Part shown: in pieces, positions 37,481 to 49,890 of the stretch
Layout of the letters: each line of letters begins with the position of its first letter
How positions within the stretch are numbered: the stretch's first letter is position 1
DNA from: Podarcis filfolensis
Lineage: Eukaryota
Assembly (NCBI GenBank): GCA_964270895.1
Contig: OZ185438.1
Reading direction: 5' to 3' (one strand)
DNA length: 64,000 nt
Made by a program: the position numbers and the translations under genes
Notes under the pieces: model-generated
The model's input: only the letters and a program-made list of their open reading frames with translations
Told to the model about the DNA's origin: nothing
The model's database searches: none

Positions 37481-40400
37481 CCAGTAACCGGTGATCCTCC
37501 AGACACCCTTTAAAACTGAAGTCACACACTACCTCTTACGCTTTTCCACCTGTATGAAAATAAGACATCTTTTCATCTACAGTGAAAAAACAGCAGCTGG
37601 GGGAGGCAATTTTGAGGAGAAAGACTGATGAAGTTACTCTACCATTCCCCTCTATCCCTCTTCTTAAGCACTCTGTATTCTGCCTTTGTTTGTTTTTTAA
37701 TGAACACAGGATAAAGATTTACATAACTGTGGTCATGTCTAGTTTGGACCCCCACACTGAACTATAACTGACACATGTTGCCTTACACTACATCAGGCTG
37801 ATGGGCTAGCATTTCCATGTATTTTGTGTAGCAGATATACCTAAGATCACCAACTTTTCCCCAAGTGGGGCCTGACAACAGAAATGACACAGGTGATGCT
37901 TTTTTATGGCATGAAGATAATATTATGGAGAAGTCTTCACCTGCTCAATTTCTGCTTTTAAATGTTATTAAAAAGTGCGGGAACTGATCCCAGCACTGCC
38001 GCACAGTGAGTCATGGGGCAAGATTCACTTCCTCTCCCCTTCTTTCCTCAGAGGATGCTCTGCACAGGTAAGTTCCCTTGCCTCCAGTTGCCAGTGATGT
38101 TGCTCAGACGCAGGGATACGCACCACATGATGGTGCCAAGTAATGCAATGAGCTGTGCTTCATAATACAGCTGGGGATGGATGGGAAAGTTATCACTTCA
38201 TGCAGTGCTGAAGTAGCATATGGGCCATAGAGAAAGAGAAAGAAGATGGCACTGCAAGAGTTACTGAGGCTAAAAAGACTATAAACTGTCTGAGATGCCA
38301 GTTACAGGAATTTAAGTGCACTGTACACTGCTGCCTTATGCTACACGAGTATGCTCACACCGTTTAATAGTACATTTATTTTACATGCGAGAAAAACAGA
38401 AATGTTGTAGAATGTGTGTAACATGGCACTAAACTCTCATTTGGTATCTAAAACATTCACAAAAACAATATACCGACATGTCAAATGTGCAGATTTTCTG
38501 TAACCAATATAAGCAAATAGTAACAGTGTGAATTATGACATACTTTCATTTCTTTCAGACTTGAAAAAGAATCCCACCTGGCTTAGAATTTTAACATTTG
38601 TTATTATCAAGAATATGAGATTGTATCATTCAGGACCCAAGAAAAAATAATTTATGCAACAACAACAAAATTGCACAGGTATTTAAGTCCTGTGACAACT
38701 GTTACATTGCAGAAAAATGCAAAAATAGAAGGAAAGGTTAGAGAATATAACAGCTTTCCTGCCTTTCCCACACAACAATCTTCATGTATATACTTACATT
38801 AAATTCAGATACCAGATCCACACTAGGCTCTCCTCTAACCATTATTTAGATTAGCACCTAAACCATGACGGAAGCTTACAAATTTAAAAGTCAAGCTAAT
38901 GCATACTTTGAACAAAGATGAAAGAGCATGACTTTATCTACTACTGCATATTGCTGGATAGTTATGATCAGTTAATATGTGAGGGGAGAGGCATCCACAT
39001 GGTCTGATTAGTACCTAGGTCATCAACATTTGCCATCCATTTCCTCCCCCTTTCCTGAACCTTTTAGATATTTCTTTAACACAAGAATGTCTAAATTTGG
39101 GTTCCATTACTTCCAAGTTAGTATGAATAGAATATTCAACTGCTTGAATTTTTAACAGGAACTCTGACATATGAATTTAGAGCTCCAAACCCCCACAAAA
39201 ACCCACAACTCACTGTCTGGTAACCATATAGCTTAAGGGAAATTATTTTCCTATGAAGCTCAAAAGTGAGAGCTAATATCCTAATATTGAGTGGCAAGCT
39301 GATAAGAAATACTGGGTGTGACTGGGCAGAGCCAAATGTAAAAGAGTGAACAATTATGGTAGGGCATATTCTAAGAATAGGGGTGATATAAGTGTAAGGA
39401 AATTGGAAAGAAGTGCATGAGGAAGACTTAATTATATAAATTGAGTTAAAAGGAGTGTTGGGACACCCATAGACCTGAAAAGATTCACACAAGACAGAAA
39501 AGTTTAGAGAGTTAGCAAAGATCAGTCTACAGACTGAAACATATAAGAAAATCAAACTCTTGACAGTCTTATTATGCCTTTAAATGGAGAAATGTTATGT
39601 GCTTAGGAGGGGGAGAAGAACTAGTACAGACAAGCTGTTCAGTATTTTAGAGCCAAAAATTTGGGAATTATATATGACACAGATTACCCATTCAAAGCTA
39701 CACCAGACTTAAGAGTTACAACAACAAAATACATTTTGAAAGCCTTTTTTAAAGAGAAAAATTAATGTCATACCATCCAAAGGGGAGGAAATGCATTTGA
39801 AATATTGGTTTGCAAAAAGTATTCATTTGCAAATATGAAGAGCTTGGAGCAAAATGGATGATTGCTTTTGTATTTCTGGAGACGAAACCTAAAACACACA
39901 ACACCAATCATTTATTTCTGTGTTGTGTGCACGCACATGTATGTACTGTTACAATGTCTGGCTTGCTATAGATTTAAACTTACTACAATCTCTCTAAAAC
40001 TCCCTGCAAGCTAATTTATAACCTGCCATCTTCACAACTACTGTGTGAGGAATGCTTTTTCTAACTGGTATTTAATACTGGGGCTTTAAATATAACCTCA
40101 ACACCCTCTATACTAGAGCAGGGGAAGGGAGGGGTGGGAAACAGAAGCTAACTGGCCCTAATAAAATGCAGCCTGTTTCTTTAAGGAAAAGTGTCACAGG
40201 AAAAGCACAAGAAATGCTACAATCTCCACCCACTGTCGTATAAAAACGGCTGCCTACACACACCACACACCCTGCATCCTGAAACCCACCCTCCTTTATA
40301 AAACCAGTGCATTAGGTGATGGAAATTCAGGATATGCAACCGCAGTACCTCCTAAGTCATCTCTAGAAAGGCTAACACACGGCATTTTTGTGACCTCTGC

Positions 40401-41715
40401 CCACTTGATCATGCTTCCCTCTTATATCCTGTGAGTGGGCTGTCTAATCGAGTCAGTGCTTCCCACAGCTCTTGCAGACTGCAGCAGCCGCCCTTCTCCT
40501 GGAAATAACAAGCCCTGGTCTTTTAAACATTCCATTCTTCTCTAACACCAACAATGTTTCCTGCTCCCCTTCCCTTCCAAACACCAGGTCTTTCAATACC
40601 ACGCTCCCAACTCCTGACACCTTTCTTTAGCTATTTAGTGCTTTTAAAACTGTATGCTTGGGGTCTCAAGTAGTTCTTTACACCTTCTCAGTTCTGAACT
40701 GCAGCCATAGAAAACATATTTTACTTATACCCCTGAAGTTCTCTGTTAAAGAATTAATACACTTACCAGTAATAATGATTAGGTAAGTGTGCAATGGTGA
40801 CTGATTAGACTACTGTTAGCCCCTTGCTATATTTATCATTACTTCCCTTGCTTCTCCTTCCCCTCATTTTAAACCCCCTTGTTATTGTATTATTCCTTGT
40901 GTTATTTAAATTGTATGTAAAACAATAAAAATAATGGTTTTGTAACATTTTTACAGAAAATAAAATTCAGCAAGGCTTTCCCTGCACTACTGTTTTCAGA
41001 CTAATACCAGTAGAGTTTCATGGCATCAAATGACTATTGGGATATTCCCAAAGGAGTACCAATAAGAAAGAAAATGACACTTCAGCAGGAGGTAACAGTT
41101 TCTCATATGTTAATGGCAGATCCACACAATACAATTGAAGCACATTCAATGCACATGAGCGCCTCAAAGAACCCTTGGAACTGCACTTTCCCCCTCACAG
41201 GGCTATATATCCCAGCACTCTCAATAAACAACACTTCCCAAGATTCTTTGGGGGAATTAATGTGCTTTAAATGTGTATTTAATGTGCTTCAAATGTATTG
41301 TGTGGATCTGCCCCCATTCATGCTGGTAAACAGCGACCCATTTTGCAAAGGTTTCAAGTCATAGGTTTTTGTTTTAAAGTTTTCCCATTTGTAAGAGAGA
41401 TCAGGGGTATGAGTACAAATCAGTAAACAAAGCCACTAATATGTCATGTGGCAAAGTCCATTGGATCTATTATGGTTTACCAGTTCTACAATGTAGATGA
41501 CACACCACTATATTATAATTACAGTATTAAAATTACAGTGCCTAAAACAGCCTGGGCAACAACTCCAGCCACAATGAAAAATAAAACTCAGAAGTAAAGT
41601 TTCCCCTCCTTCATATTTATATTCCCTCTTCATATTTATATTCCATCCAACAACTTGTATTACTCTGTAAACTCAGTGACTTATCATTCTCGTGTTAATG
41701 TACCAGGCAGCGAGA

Positions 41716-41716
<1 letters not shown>

Positions 41717-41746
<30 letters not shown>

Positions 41747-41760
41747 TCATCTATCCATCT
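41717..41760. repeat. (ATCT)n tetranucleotide microsatellite
   Basis: Seven perfect units, then a degenerate tail. Confidence 0.9.
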
Positions 41761-42538
41761 GTTAGAATGAAAACTTCTTACCCTGATAGCTACAAAAGGC
41801 CAAGCTGACTATAGGATGTCAATAGCATCTCTGTGTGGTCTTCAAGTGCTGAATGAGATGCTTACCCCCTTAAGTTAACACAGTGAGGCGAAGCATTGCG
41901 GTGTCTCTTTTGTAGAATAGGAACTGAGGCTGAACGCTAGCAACACGTCAACAAGGCCAATCAGGTTCAAATTTCAGTTCTGCTATAAACTCACCAACCC
42001 CAACATTCTGTCTTCCTAGAGTCTATTAAAATTCACTTTGAGCAGGTCGGCATAGGCAGCAGAATGTGGTACTGAAGTCCTTAATACGTTGAATGACTTC
42101 AGATTCCCACTATAGGTTGGGAAAACACATTTTTGAACGCTTTGTTCAAATAAAATACTTCATGGAGGTAGAAAACTAGCTCAGCAGGGAACACACTGGG
42201 CTAGAACCTGTTTCTCTCTGATGTACTAGGCTTTTTGTTTTTGTTTGAAAGGAATGTTTATCCTTGGGATCATTTTTAAAAAGTAATATATTACCTATAA
42301 GTCTGAAGCAGTATGGTCCAGGCTTAAAAACACAGGATTCTACCACCTAATTTAGTTGCTTGAGTAGACCAGGCATCTGTTTATAATTCAGGTAATATGA
42401 CCATATATCAGGTCCGTTAAGAATTACTCCAGCTTTTACTCTAAGCACACACTATCATTTACTTATTTTTTTATCGTAAATGCACGTTTCTTTTTTGCAA
42501 TATGAAGTCTTGGACATATTTGTTATTGGAGATTGAAA

Positions 42539-42898
42539 CGGGAACAGGGAACCTGTGGCCTGTTGGACAACAACTGCTGTCATCCCTGACCATTGGCCCG
42601 GCTGGCTAGGGTTGATGGGTGTAGTGTGGTGCAGTGGTTAAGAGCGGTAGACTCGTAATCTGGTGAACCGGGTTCGCATCTCTGCTCCTCCACATGCAGC
42701 TGCTGGGTGACCTTGGGCTAGTCACACTTCTTTGAAGTCTCTCAGCCCCACACACCTCAACAGAGTGTTTGTTGTGGGGGAGGAAAGGAAAGGAGAATGT
42801 TAGCCACTTTGAGACTCCTTCGGGTAGTGATAAAGCGGGATATCAAATCCAAACTCTTCTTCTTCAACATCTGGAGGGGAGCAGGTTCCCAATTCCTG
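42539..42898. mobile_element. hAT-like MITE split by a SINE insertion
   Basis: Left arm gggaacctgtggcc; right arm caacatctggaggggagcaggttcccaattcctg. The arms are mutually inverted and the interior is replaced by the SINE at 42617-42864. Confidence 0.6.
42617..42864 (+). mobile_element. Young MIR/CORE-derived SINE with a (CTT)n tail (Squam3-like)
   Basis: tRNA head (gtggtgcagtggttaagagc...ggttcg), CORE-like gctgggtgaccttgggctagtcac, tail ctcttcttctt. Family name recalled from the literature, not searched. Confidence 0.8.
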
Positions 42899-43084
42899 GG
42901 CTAAAATATAGTCTCAGTGAAATCAATGAGACTAGATGCTTAGGCGTGAGTCAAAAATATTTCTCTTCTCGCAAGGCTAGTTACTTTGTTACGTATTTTT
43001 GTGTTTCTATATTGTGAACCGCCCTTTATTCCTCAGAGGGAGGGTGTTATAGAAATTTAATAAATAAATAAGTATCTGTGTGCT

Positions 43085-43185
43085 TATGCTCCCAATTGGT
43101 ACACAGAACCTGCTTTCCAGGTCATGTGGCCAGCATGACTAAACCACTTCTGGCGCAATGAGACACTGTGAGAGAAGCCAGAGCA
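43085..43185 (-). mobile_element. Sauria SINE-related internal fragment
   Basis: ggtcatgtggccagcatgactaaaccacttctggc is the reverse complement of the SINE core gaagc...ttagtcatgctggccacatgac seen at about 2010-2040 and 62550-62580. Confidence 0.7.
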
Positions 43186-43218
43186 CACTGTTACCAACAA
43201 CTCAACACATTATATATA

Positions 43219-43235
43219 TAATCTTACATGCATCA

Positions 43236-43267
<32 letters not shown>

Positions 43268-43289
43268 ATATATGATGCATGTAAGATTA
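43219..43289. repeat. Perfect 19-bp inverted repeat enclosing (CA)13
   Basis: taatcttacatgcatcata (43219-43237) and tatgatgcatgtaagatta (43271-43289); the 33-nt spacer is (CA)13 plus gtatata. Confidence 0.95.
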
Positions 43290-44265
43290 GGCCGTATTGC
43301 ACTTTAAGGAATGCTGTTATGTAGCACTGTTTTAAAGCATTTCAACCACTGTAACCTGTGCCAAATAGCAGACTGCTTCAGTTTGTGTTATAAATAAGGA
43401 CACTATATAGAAAACCTTTCTTGTCTGGAGTAATCCAGCGGCAACAATTTAGAGGAAGGAACAGTAAATTAAACCTCTCTCCACATTCCTATACACATGC
43501 ATTCAGATTATGTAACTGCTGGGCAGATTGTGTGTTACAATATGATGCCTGTTGTGGCAGGAACCAGACTTTTGATTCTGAATACCTGGTTGTCACAGGC
43601 AATGATTTAATGCAAGAAAACATCACTAGTTCACTAGCTTGTCTGAGAGTCTAGTATAATATATGGCAGGCTCTGCCCTGTGGTTTTCTTGGGGTTCTTT
43701 TGTTAGTTTGGCTATTCTTTGGCTATTAATTGCACAAATATTTTGCATCTTAGGTAACCATATTTCCTTTCTTCATATGGAGCTTGGAATCATTCCTGAA
43801 AAGGTGGTAATAAACATCAGCTTGCAACTATTCAGGATGTTATACATGCATACTATTCCTGTACGTTCCCCAAGAGCTTTTTAAACAGAAGGAAGAAGTC
43901 TCCAACATCAGTAAGTAAAGACACATATTAGTTGTTCCCTTGGCTCATGATTTGCTACCAAAGAATGTATAAGCACTTCCCACATTAACTCCAGAAGGCA
44001 CAGAAACACACAATCAAATCCTAAGGAGATCCTGGAAAGATTAGCATTTCTGAGAGGTGTAGAAAGTTCTAAGCAATGTATGAAATTTTACTCTGCTGTA
44101 AGTGAATGCCTTAAAACATCCCATAAAGTCAGGATAGCATGAGTGTCTTACACTTATAACATCTACATCTTAATACATAGGTGTGTACATTTGTTTTCCA
44201 AAAAGAATATGGTAGGAATCCCTGAGCAGTTCCTTTTCAACAATCTCTTTCATATTCTACCTTCC

Positions 44266-44508
44266 AATGGATCCAAACTGCAAGAAAGTAGATTCCACCT
44301 AAACATTAGGAAGAACTTCCTGACAGTAAGAGCTGTTCGACAGTGGAATTTGCTGCCAAGGAGTGTGGTGGAGTCTCCTTCTTTGGAGGTCTTTAAGCAG
44401 AGGCTTGACAACCATATGTCAGGAGTGCTCTGATGGTGTTTCCTGCTTGGCAGGGGGTTGGACTCGATGGCCCTTGTGGTCTCTTCCAGCTCTATGATTC
44501 TATGATTC
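44266..44508 (+). mobile_element. Young 5'-truncated CR1 3' end
   Basis: Open frame NGSKLQESRFHLNIRKNFLTVRAVRQWNLLPRSVVESPSLEVFKQRLDNHMSGVL*, typical of the CR1 ORF2 C-terminus. Ends in the CR1 octamer tail ctatgattctatgattc. Confidence 0.93.
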
Positions 44509-46906
44509 CAGTTTGCATAGAACTATGTGGCACTTTTCAAGCCCCAAAGCAGCATTAATGGAATCTTAAATGTTTTGTTTATGCTCTTCCTCCCCATATT
44601 CTTCCCCTTTTCTACTGTTTACCCCTCTCCTCACTAAAGCTGACGTAAATGCCTGTTTTAAATTCTGTCTTTTTTCACAGTTAAAAGCACACTACTCATG
44701 CTTTAAAAATGAACACTTTCACACTTTCAATTAGCATGTATAAATTATGTTATGTACAATGCTTTCGGTTGAAAAAAATGTTTTAAGTGTTTTAAAAGCT
44801 TCCCATATAAACAGTGAAACGGCAAATCTTAATCAATGTTTATTAAATACCAAAACCTTACAGTACACCAAGTACACCACTAGATGGCACCACACATAAT
44901 GCAGCCACATCAAATTATCACTAAATACATAAATTGGTTTTCTTTTGTATCAAGCAACTCTTACGACATCTGTTTAAAACAGGACATTGCATAGCAGCAT
45001 GAAAGAGGCAGAACTATTCTGATTTATATAAATATACCAATGTTGAATTCACATGAGTTTATACAGGTTCTTTGGTTAACACAATTTAATTATTTAAATC
45101 AATTATTTATATCCACCTGCTTGAAGATATGCTGTGCTTTCAAATAACTTGATAAGAAGGTGTCAAACTCATATTTCTACTCAATTTATCAACACCAAAA
45201 TATAGTTAACTACTGTACTGCAATCTCCTTTTAAATGACATTTGTCTAACTTTCACTCTCATGCTTGAATATTCACCACTAGTATTAAAAAAAAAAAAAT
45301 CCCCTACCAGGCTTTGCTGGAACTGCAAAGCAGCTTAACCTAAACAGCATATATTTAATTTTACTAGTCACTACACTATTACTTTCTAACCTTTGGTACA
45401 AAATTGTGAATATAAGCAATATATTTAGTGTAACTATAAATTACTCCCCAAACCTCCATATATATTGTATCATTCCTATAGAAACAGAACCTCAGAGATT
45501 AAAGTGTGTGCACACATTTGTATAGATTCTGAAGGTAAAACATTGTTGCTGCAACAAGTTTGTTAGCCAAGTAGAAAAGGCTTAATCATCTCCTATCATT
45601 GTTAGATTTCTGTCCCCCTCTCACCTATTACTAGCACAGCTCAAGTACATAAACATGAAATTTCCTGTTTATACTTGTGCTATAACTGAATAAATCCTGC
45701 AGATATACCTGATATGCACCAACCTGCCAGGAATTTTCCCTAAAAAGGCATAAAGTGAGGCAGGGAGGGGGCAAACAGAGAGAAACTTACTGTGTTTGAC
45801 AGAAGACCAATTTTTTGCTCTCTTACATAAAATCAACCACCTGAACTTTACTTGCTCCCAAACATGTGTTATGGTTTCAAAATTTATAACATTTCCCCCC
45901 CAATCCTCAAACGCTTTTTCAAAAGGCCTTAATCACTGCTTTGAGGTAGCAGAACCTCTTAATTAGGGAAGCAATCGTGGTTTACACGGATGCACACATA
46001 AACACACACATGCTTTTCATTCCCTTCCTTGGTATTTAATATAGATAAAACAAGGCACAATACATTGGGAAGTTCCAAATGAACTGAAGCTGTGTAACAG
46101 CATCTATTTTTAAATTATACCTTTAGCATGCACTTACCCAATGTCCATCTTTGTGGGTGCTAGTCTTTGTCATTGCCACCAGCAGATGGTGACCTAAAAG
46201 ATAGTACGGGCAATATATTCCCATAGGTAGCAACATGTTCTATGTATTGCATATGTGGTGGAGTCAAACATTCTTCCAGACCCAGAGCCCTATAAACAGC
46301 AGCTTGTTTCCTCTTCCTTCTCTTCAACTACAGAAGCAGAAGATAACCCTGTCCCTCAAAGCTGAGCTACACTTTCTGATTCCTCTGATGAACTATTCCT
46401 TAGGCAAAACACCCAACATAATCAATGGGTCCATGGAGATAATTTAGAGGAAATCACAGCTACCATTCAAATTGAACCACCACTTGAAAATGACATGTAC
46501 CATACAAAATACTTGAGTATTCTAACTAGTTTGCATCTAGTTTCCCAGTGCAGAATACCCGCACCTTACAATTCAACATACTTTGAACGTTGATTACTAA
46601 AACATGAATCATGTAGACATACCTTAGAATAGGTCAGGCTCAGATGAACTTGTAAAATACATAACCTCCAGTAGCAAAACCTGTAACCTCAAGTTGCAAA
46701 TCCCTTTTTTCACTTCCTATGCCACACTGGACTACATGACAGTGGCTCCCCAAGCTTTTACTGTGGAAATCCACAAACAGAATGTAATCTTTGTTGAGGG
46801 CCAATCCTCTGTCCTGGTCCCACCCTCTGACTCAGATGGTGTTCTTTGTCTCCAGCATCCACTGCTGGAAGTCTGGTGATTGACTCATGAGAGGATGTTG
46901 ACTTAC

Positions 46907-46975
46907 CATTTGGGAAATCACCACCACATCATTAAAACAGCTACAACCATTTCTTGATAGAGGCAGACAACTTCC
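46907..46975 (-). other. Weak candidate 69-nt exon
   Basis: Donor ATG|GTAAGT at 46907/46906. Acceptor tttcag|GGA has a purine-rich upstream region, so it is weak. One open frame (GSCLPLSRNGCSCFNDVVVISQM), not recognised. Confidence 0.25.
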
Positions 46976-48761
46976 CTGAAACACGCCTCACTTTCCCCTT
47001 CAAACAGCTTTCTTCCTATGACAGGTGACTATATGGAACAAGACCTTGGGAAAACGTGGAGGGGGGCATGGGCCCCTGCACTGATCTTTGCAGCCACCAT
47101 AACAATCAATTTTAAAAGGCATGAAGTATCACGTGACTACAGTGTGCAGTAGAATCAATATACCAAATGCCTCAACAGTTCTTACACAGATTAGGCTAGG
47201 AAACCTCGTTTCTGGGCACTGAATGTGGCCCTCCAAGCCTCTTCCTCTGCCCTTGTTCAGCAGCCTCATTAAGTGTGGCTGGAATGTGTATTTCCACTCT
47301 GATAATAATGATGCTTGCTTGTCTGGAGAGGATAGAGAGGGGGGATGTACAAACTAGCCTACTGTATGAAGGCAAAATTTGTGTTTGTTCCTCCACCCAC
47401 TTTTTCATTTCACTCCACACACTGTCATGTGACCCTTCCAAAGTTGCTCAGAAGGGAATGTGGCCACTAGGATGGAAATGATTCCTTACCCTCAATATAA
47501 ATTAAACAAAGCAAGATGGCAAATGAATGAAGTTTATAGACTAAAACTCAGGCTCTCAGAGAACTCCTAATGTTGTCCTTTGTTTTTTAGGAACACCTTT
47601 CAAAATAGGCCAAAATGCATAACACTTTTAAGAAAATAGATTAGATGCCTCTTTATGGTTAGAAAATTCTTGTAGAACATCTGTGTGGAATCTTGCCTTG
47701 AGATTGTTCCTCAAAACCCATCTTCTACATTAAGCCTTTGGTGCAATCTTCCAGTACTCAACCCCTGCCGAATATAAACTTAATTACACATGGCTGAACT
47801 AACTGCACATTCCTATTTACCCTCTTTATTTCTCCCCTCCTTACACTGCCCATGGCAACCATTTTGTGCTGACACTCATGACACTTTTATCAAAATATGG
47901 GTACTTAATCTGGCACCTCACTTGTTTTTGAGGCAGATTCTACAGCAAAAGCTTATTTCATTTTTTCTACCTAAATAATAGCCCTCTGAGGTTCATGAAC
48001 ATAGGGCAAGCTTCATCACCTTGCACTTAGTGTCTCCACACAGAGTGGAGTTGCAGAAGGGTGAGGAAGAGCTCTGCTGAGTAAATCCAGGGAGTAATCC
48101 CTGAAGAATATTCAGCACTGTGCTGCAGCAAGGAAAATCACTTTGTATGTTCATCTTTTGATGTGACAAAACCAAAGTACAGTGGGCACCTGCATTTATT
48201 ACTTTATTCTCAAACTTAAAATAAACATAGTAGTAAGTGACAAGATAACCTACTTCACCACCCAACTTCTATTTTAAAAAGGGGTAAGAAAAATTAGAAT
48301 AAATAAATAGCATTGTTACAAGTTTTTAATTTTCCAGTTTGGAATATTTTCATCCTCAGCATAGGCAACTGGCCCTGAAAACACAATTGATAAAAGCATC
48401 TTGTTAAAATGAGTCACAGCTCTGGCTTGGGATTTTTTTTTTTAAGGTGTCCTATTTCTTTGACTCATACTTTCATTCCTGGGAATCCCCCTTCAAACAT
48501 TAATTTTTGAAACAGTTGCAGTACGACAAATAATTTTATGACAAACGAAAGAAGCATTCAATACCACCCATGAAAACCTCAAACCTATATTTATAAACAG
48601 AACTCTTCCAATAAATCATTTACAAACACAACAGACAAAACAGATTTGGAAAAATCCAAGGTGTTTTATAGTCTACCAAAACAAGATACAAGTGGAACAT
48701 GCAACAGTGTTTGAAGAAGATGCTTCATACAGTTGTCACATGGCAACGACTACAGATTATT

Positions 48762-48764
<3 letters not shown>

Positions 48765-48809
<45 letters not shown>
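48765..48809. repeat. (AAT)15 microsatellite
   Basis: Read directly; lies about 60 nt into the intron after the 48873 donor. Confidence 0.95.
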
Positions 48810-48872
48810 TTCTTAAATCACTGATGAAAGTCTTTCATGCAACATACTGTAAAGGAAGGTAATTTCACTTAC

Positions 48873-49030
48873 CTGTGATCTAAGGTATTTTCCTCCCATG
48901 AGCTGGATGATATCAGTTGATCACCTGACTGTAGTTTGAGAGAAGGAAGTCAGCTGACCATCTTTTCAGGCTGTCTTAAGCTTTAATACTTCATAGTACT
49001 TTGTCATGTGAGTCAGGACAGAACCAGCTG
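48873..49030 (-). other. Candidate alternative first exon (3' end firm, 5' end unknown)
   Basis: Consensus donor CAG|GTAAGT at 48873/48872, with no pyrimidine-rich acceptor nearby upstream. ATG at 48899 gives MGGKYLRSQ, ending in phase 0. Confidence 0.55.
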
Positions 49031-49800
49031 TCACTGCTTGGGGGGGGGAGGGGGGGGGAAATGGGCCCCTCTGTTCCCACCCTCTTCCTCCTCCTTCTCT
49101 CTTTCTCTTACCCCGCCCCCATCCTCATTCCCTGATCCATTCTTCCAACTTTTCGCTCTCCAACTTTTCGCTCGTTCGCCGCTTGCATGGCTGGGGTCTC
49201 TCTCTCTCTCTCTCTCTCTCTCAGCCGAATTCCACAACATGCAAGCATTTCTCTGCATCTTCAGGTTTCTACACACACACACACCACCAGCAGCACCACC
49301 ACCGCCACCAGGAAATCAGAGAAAAGGAGAAAAGGCACCACATTCCACAACTCTCAGTCAGCCCTGGCAAGCTATGAGGCATTTTCAGTCACACAGTACA
49401 AAATGCATTAGTCAGAGCTGAAAGACCACACACTTTGTACCACTACCATGCGCTCAGAGAGTGGTCTGAGCTAAGCTATCGGGGGGGGTAGAGGGGGGAG
49501 CAGCTTCCTGTGCCCTTGTCATTTTACCTACATTTCCCTGTTTAGGAAAAAGACATTCAGCAGAAAAAGCCAACAGCTGGAGTCCACTGTAAACGCATCT
49601 GCTTAATGTTGAGACGTCTCAGCCGCCCTATTCAGATGTCACGTCCTTTACGTAAACACCCCCCCCCAACAAGCAGAATGTATTGTTCCGAAGACTGCAA
49701 GACATTATCTAAATCAGAACTCCTATCTCCCCGATGTTTCGTACTTTAGGAAGCCGAGGAAACAAAAGTGGAAGTAATGCTACGTGGTTCAGATTTTCCG
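49000..49800 (-). promoter_or_regulatory. Promoter-like block with local CpG enrichment
   Basis: 20 CpGs by hand count in 49141-49800, against about 5 in a similar span near 50.5-51.1 kb. Contains TCATGTGA overlapping TGAGTCA (49004-49015), G-runs (49040-49065), (TC)13 (49197-49222) and TTACGTAA (49648-49655). Confidence 0.55.
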
Positions 49801-49853
49801 AAACCACATATATTTTCAGTCCTATTCTTTGCCTTGTTAACTTGTATCCATAA

Positions 49854-49856
<3 letters not shown>

Positions 49857-49884
<28 letters not shown>
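49857..49884. repeat. (TA)14 microsatellite followed by tgcgcgcacat
   Basis: Read directly. Confidence 0.95.

Positions 49885-49890
<6 letters not shown>

Noticed and set aside
39136-39555. 139-aa minus-strand ORF
   Set aside because: No recognisable motif, no convincing splice sites, and composition fits AT-rich non-coding DNA.
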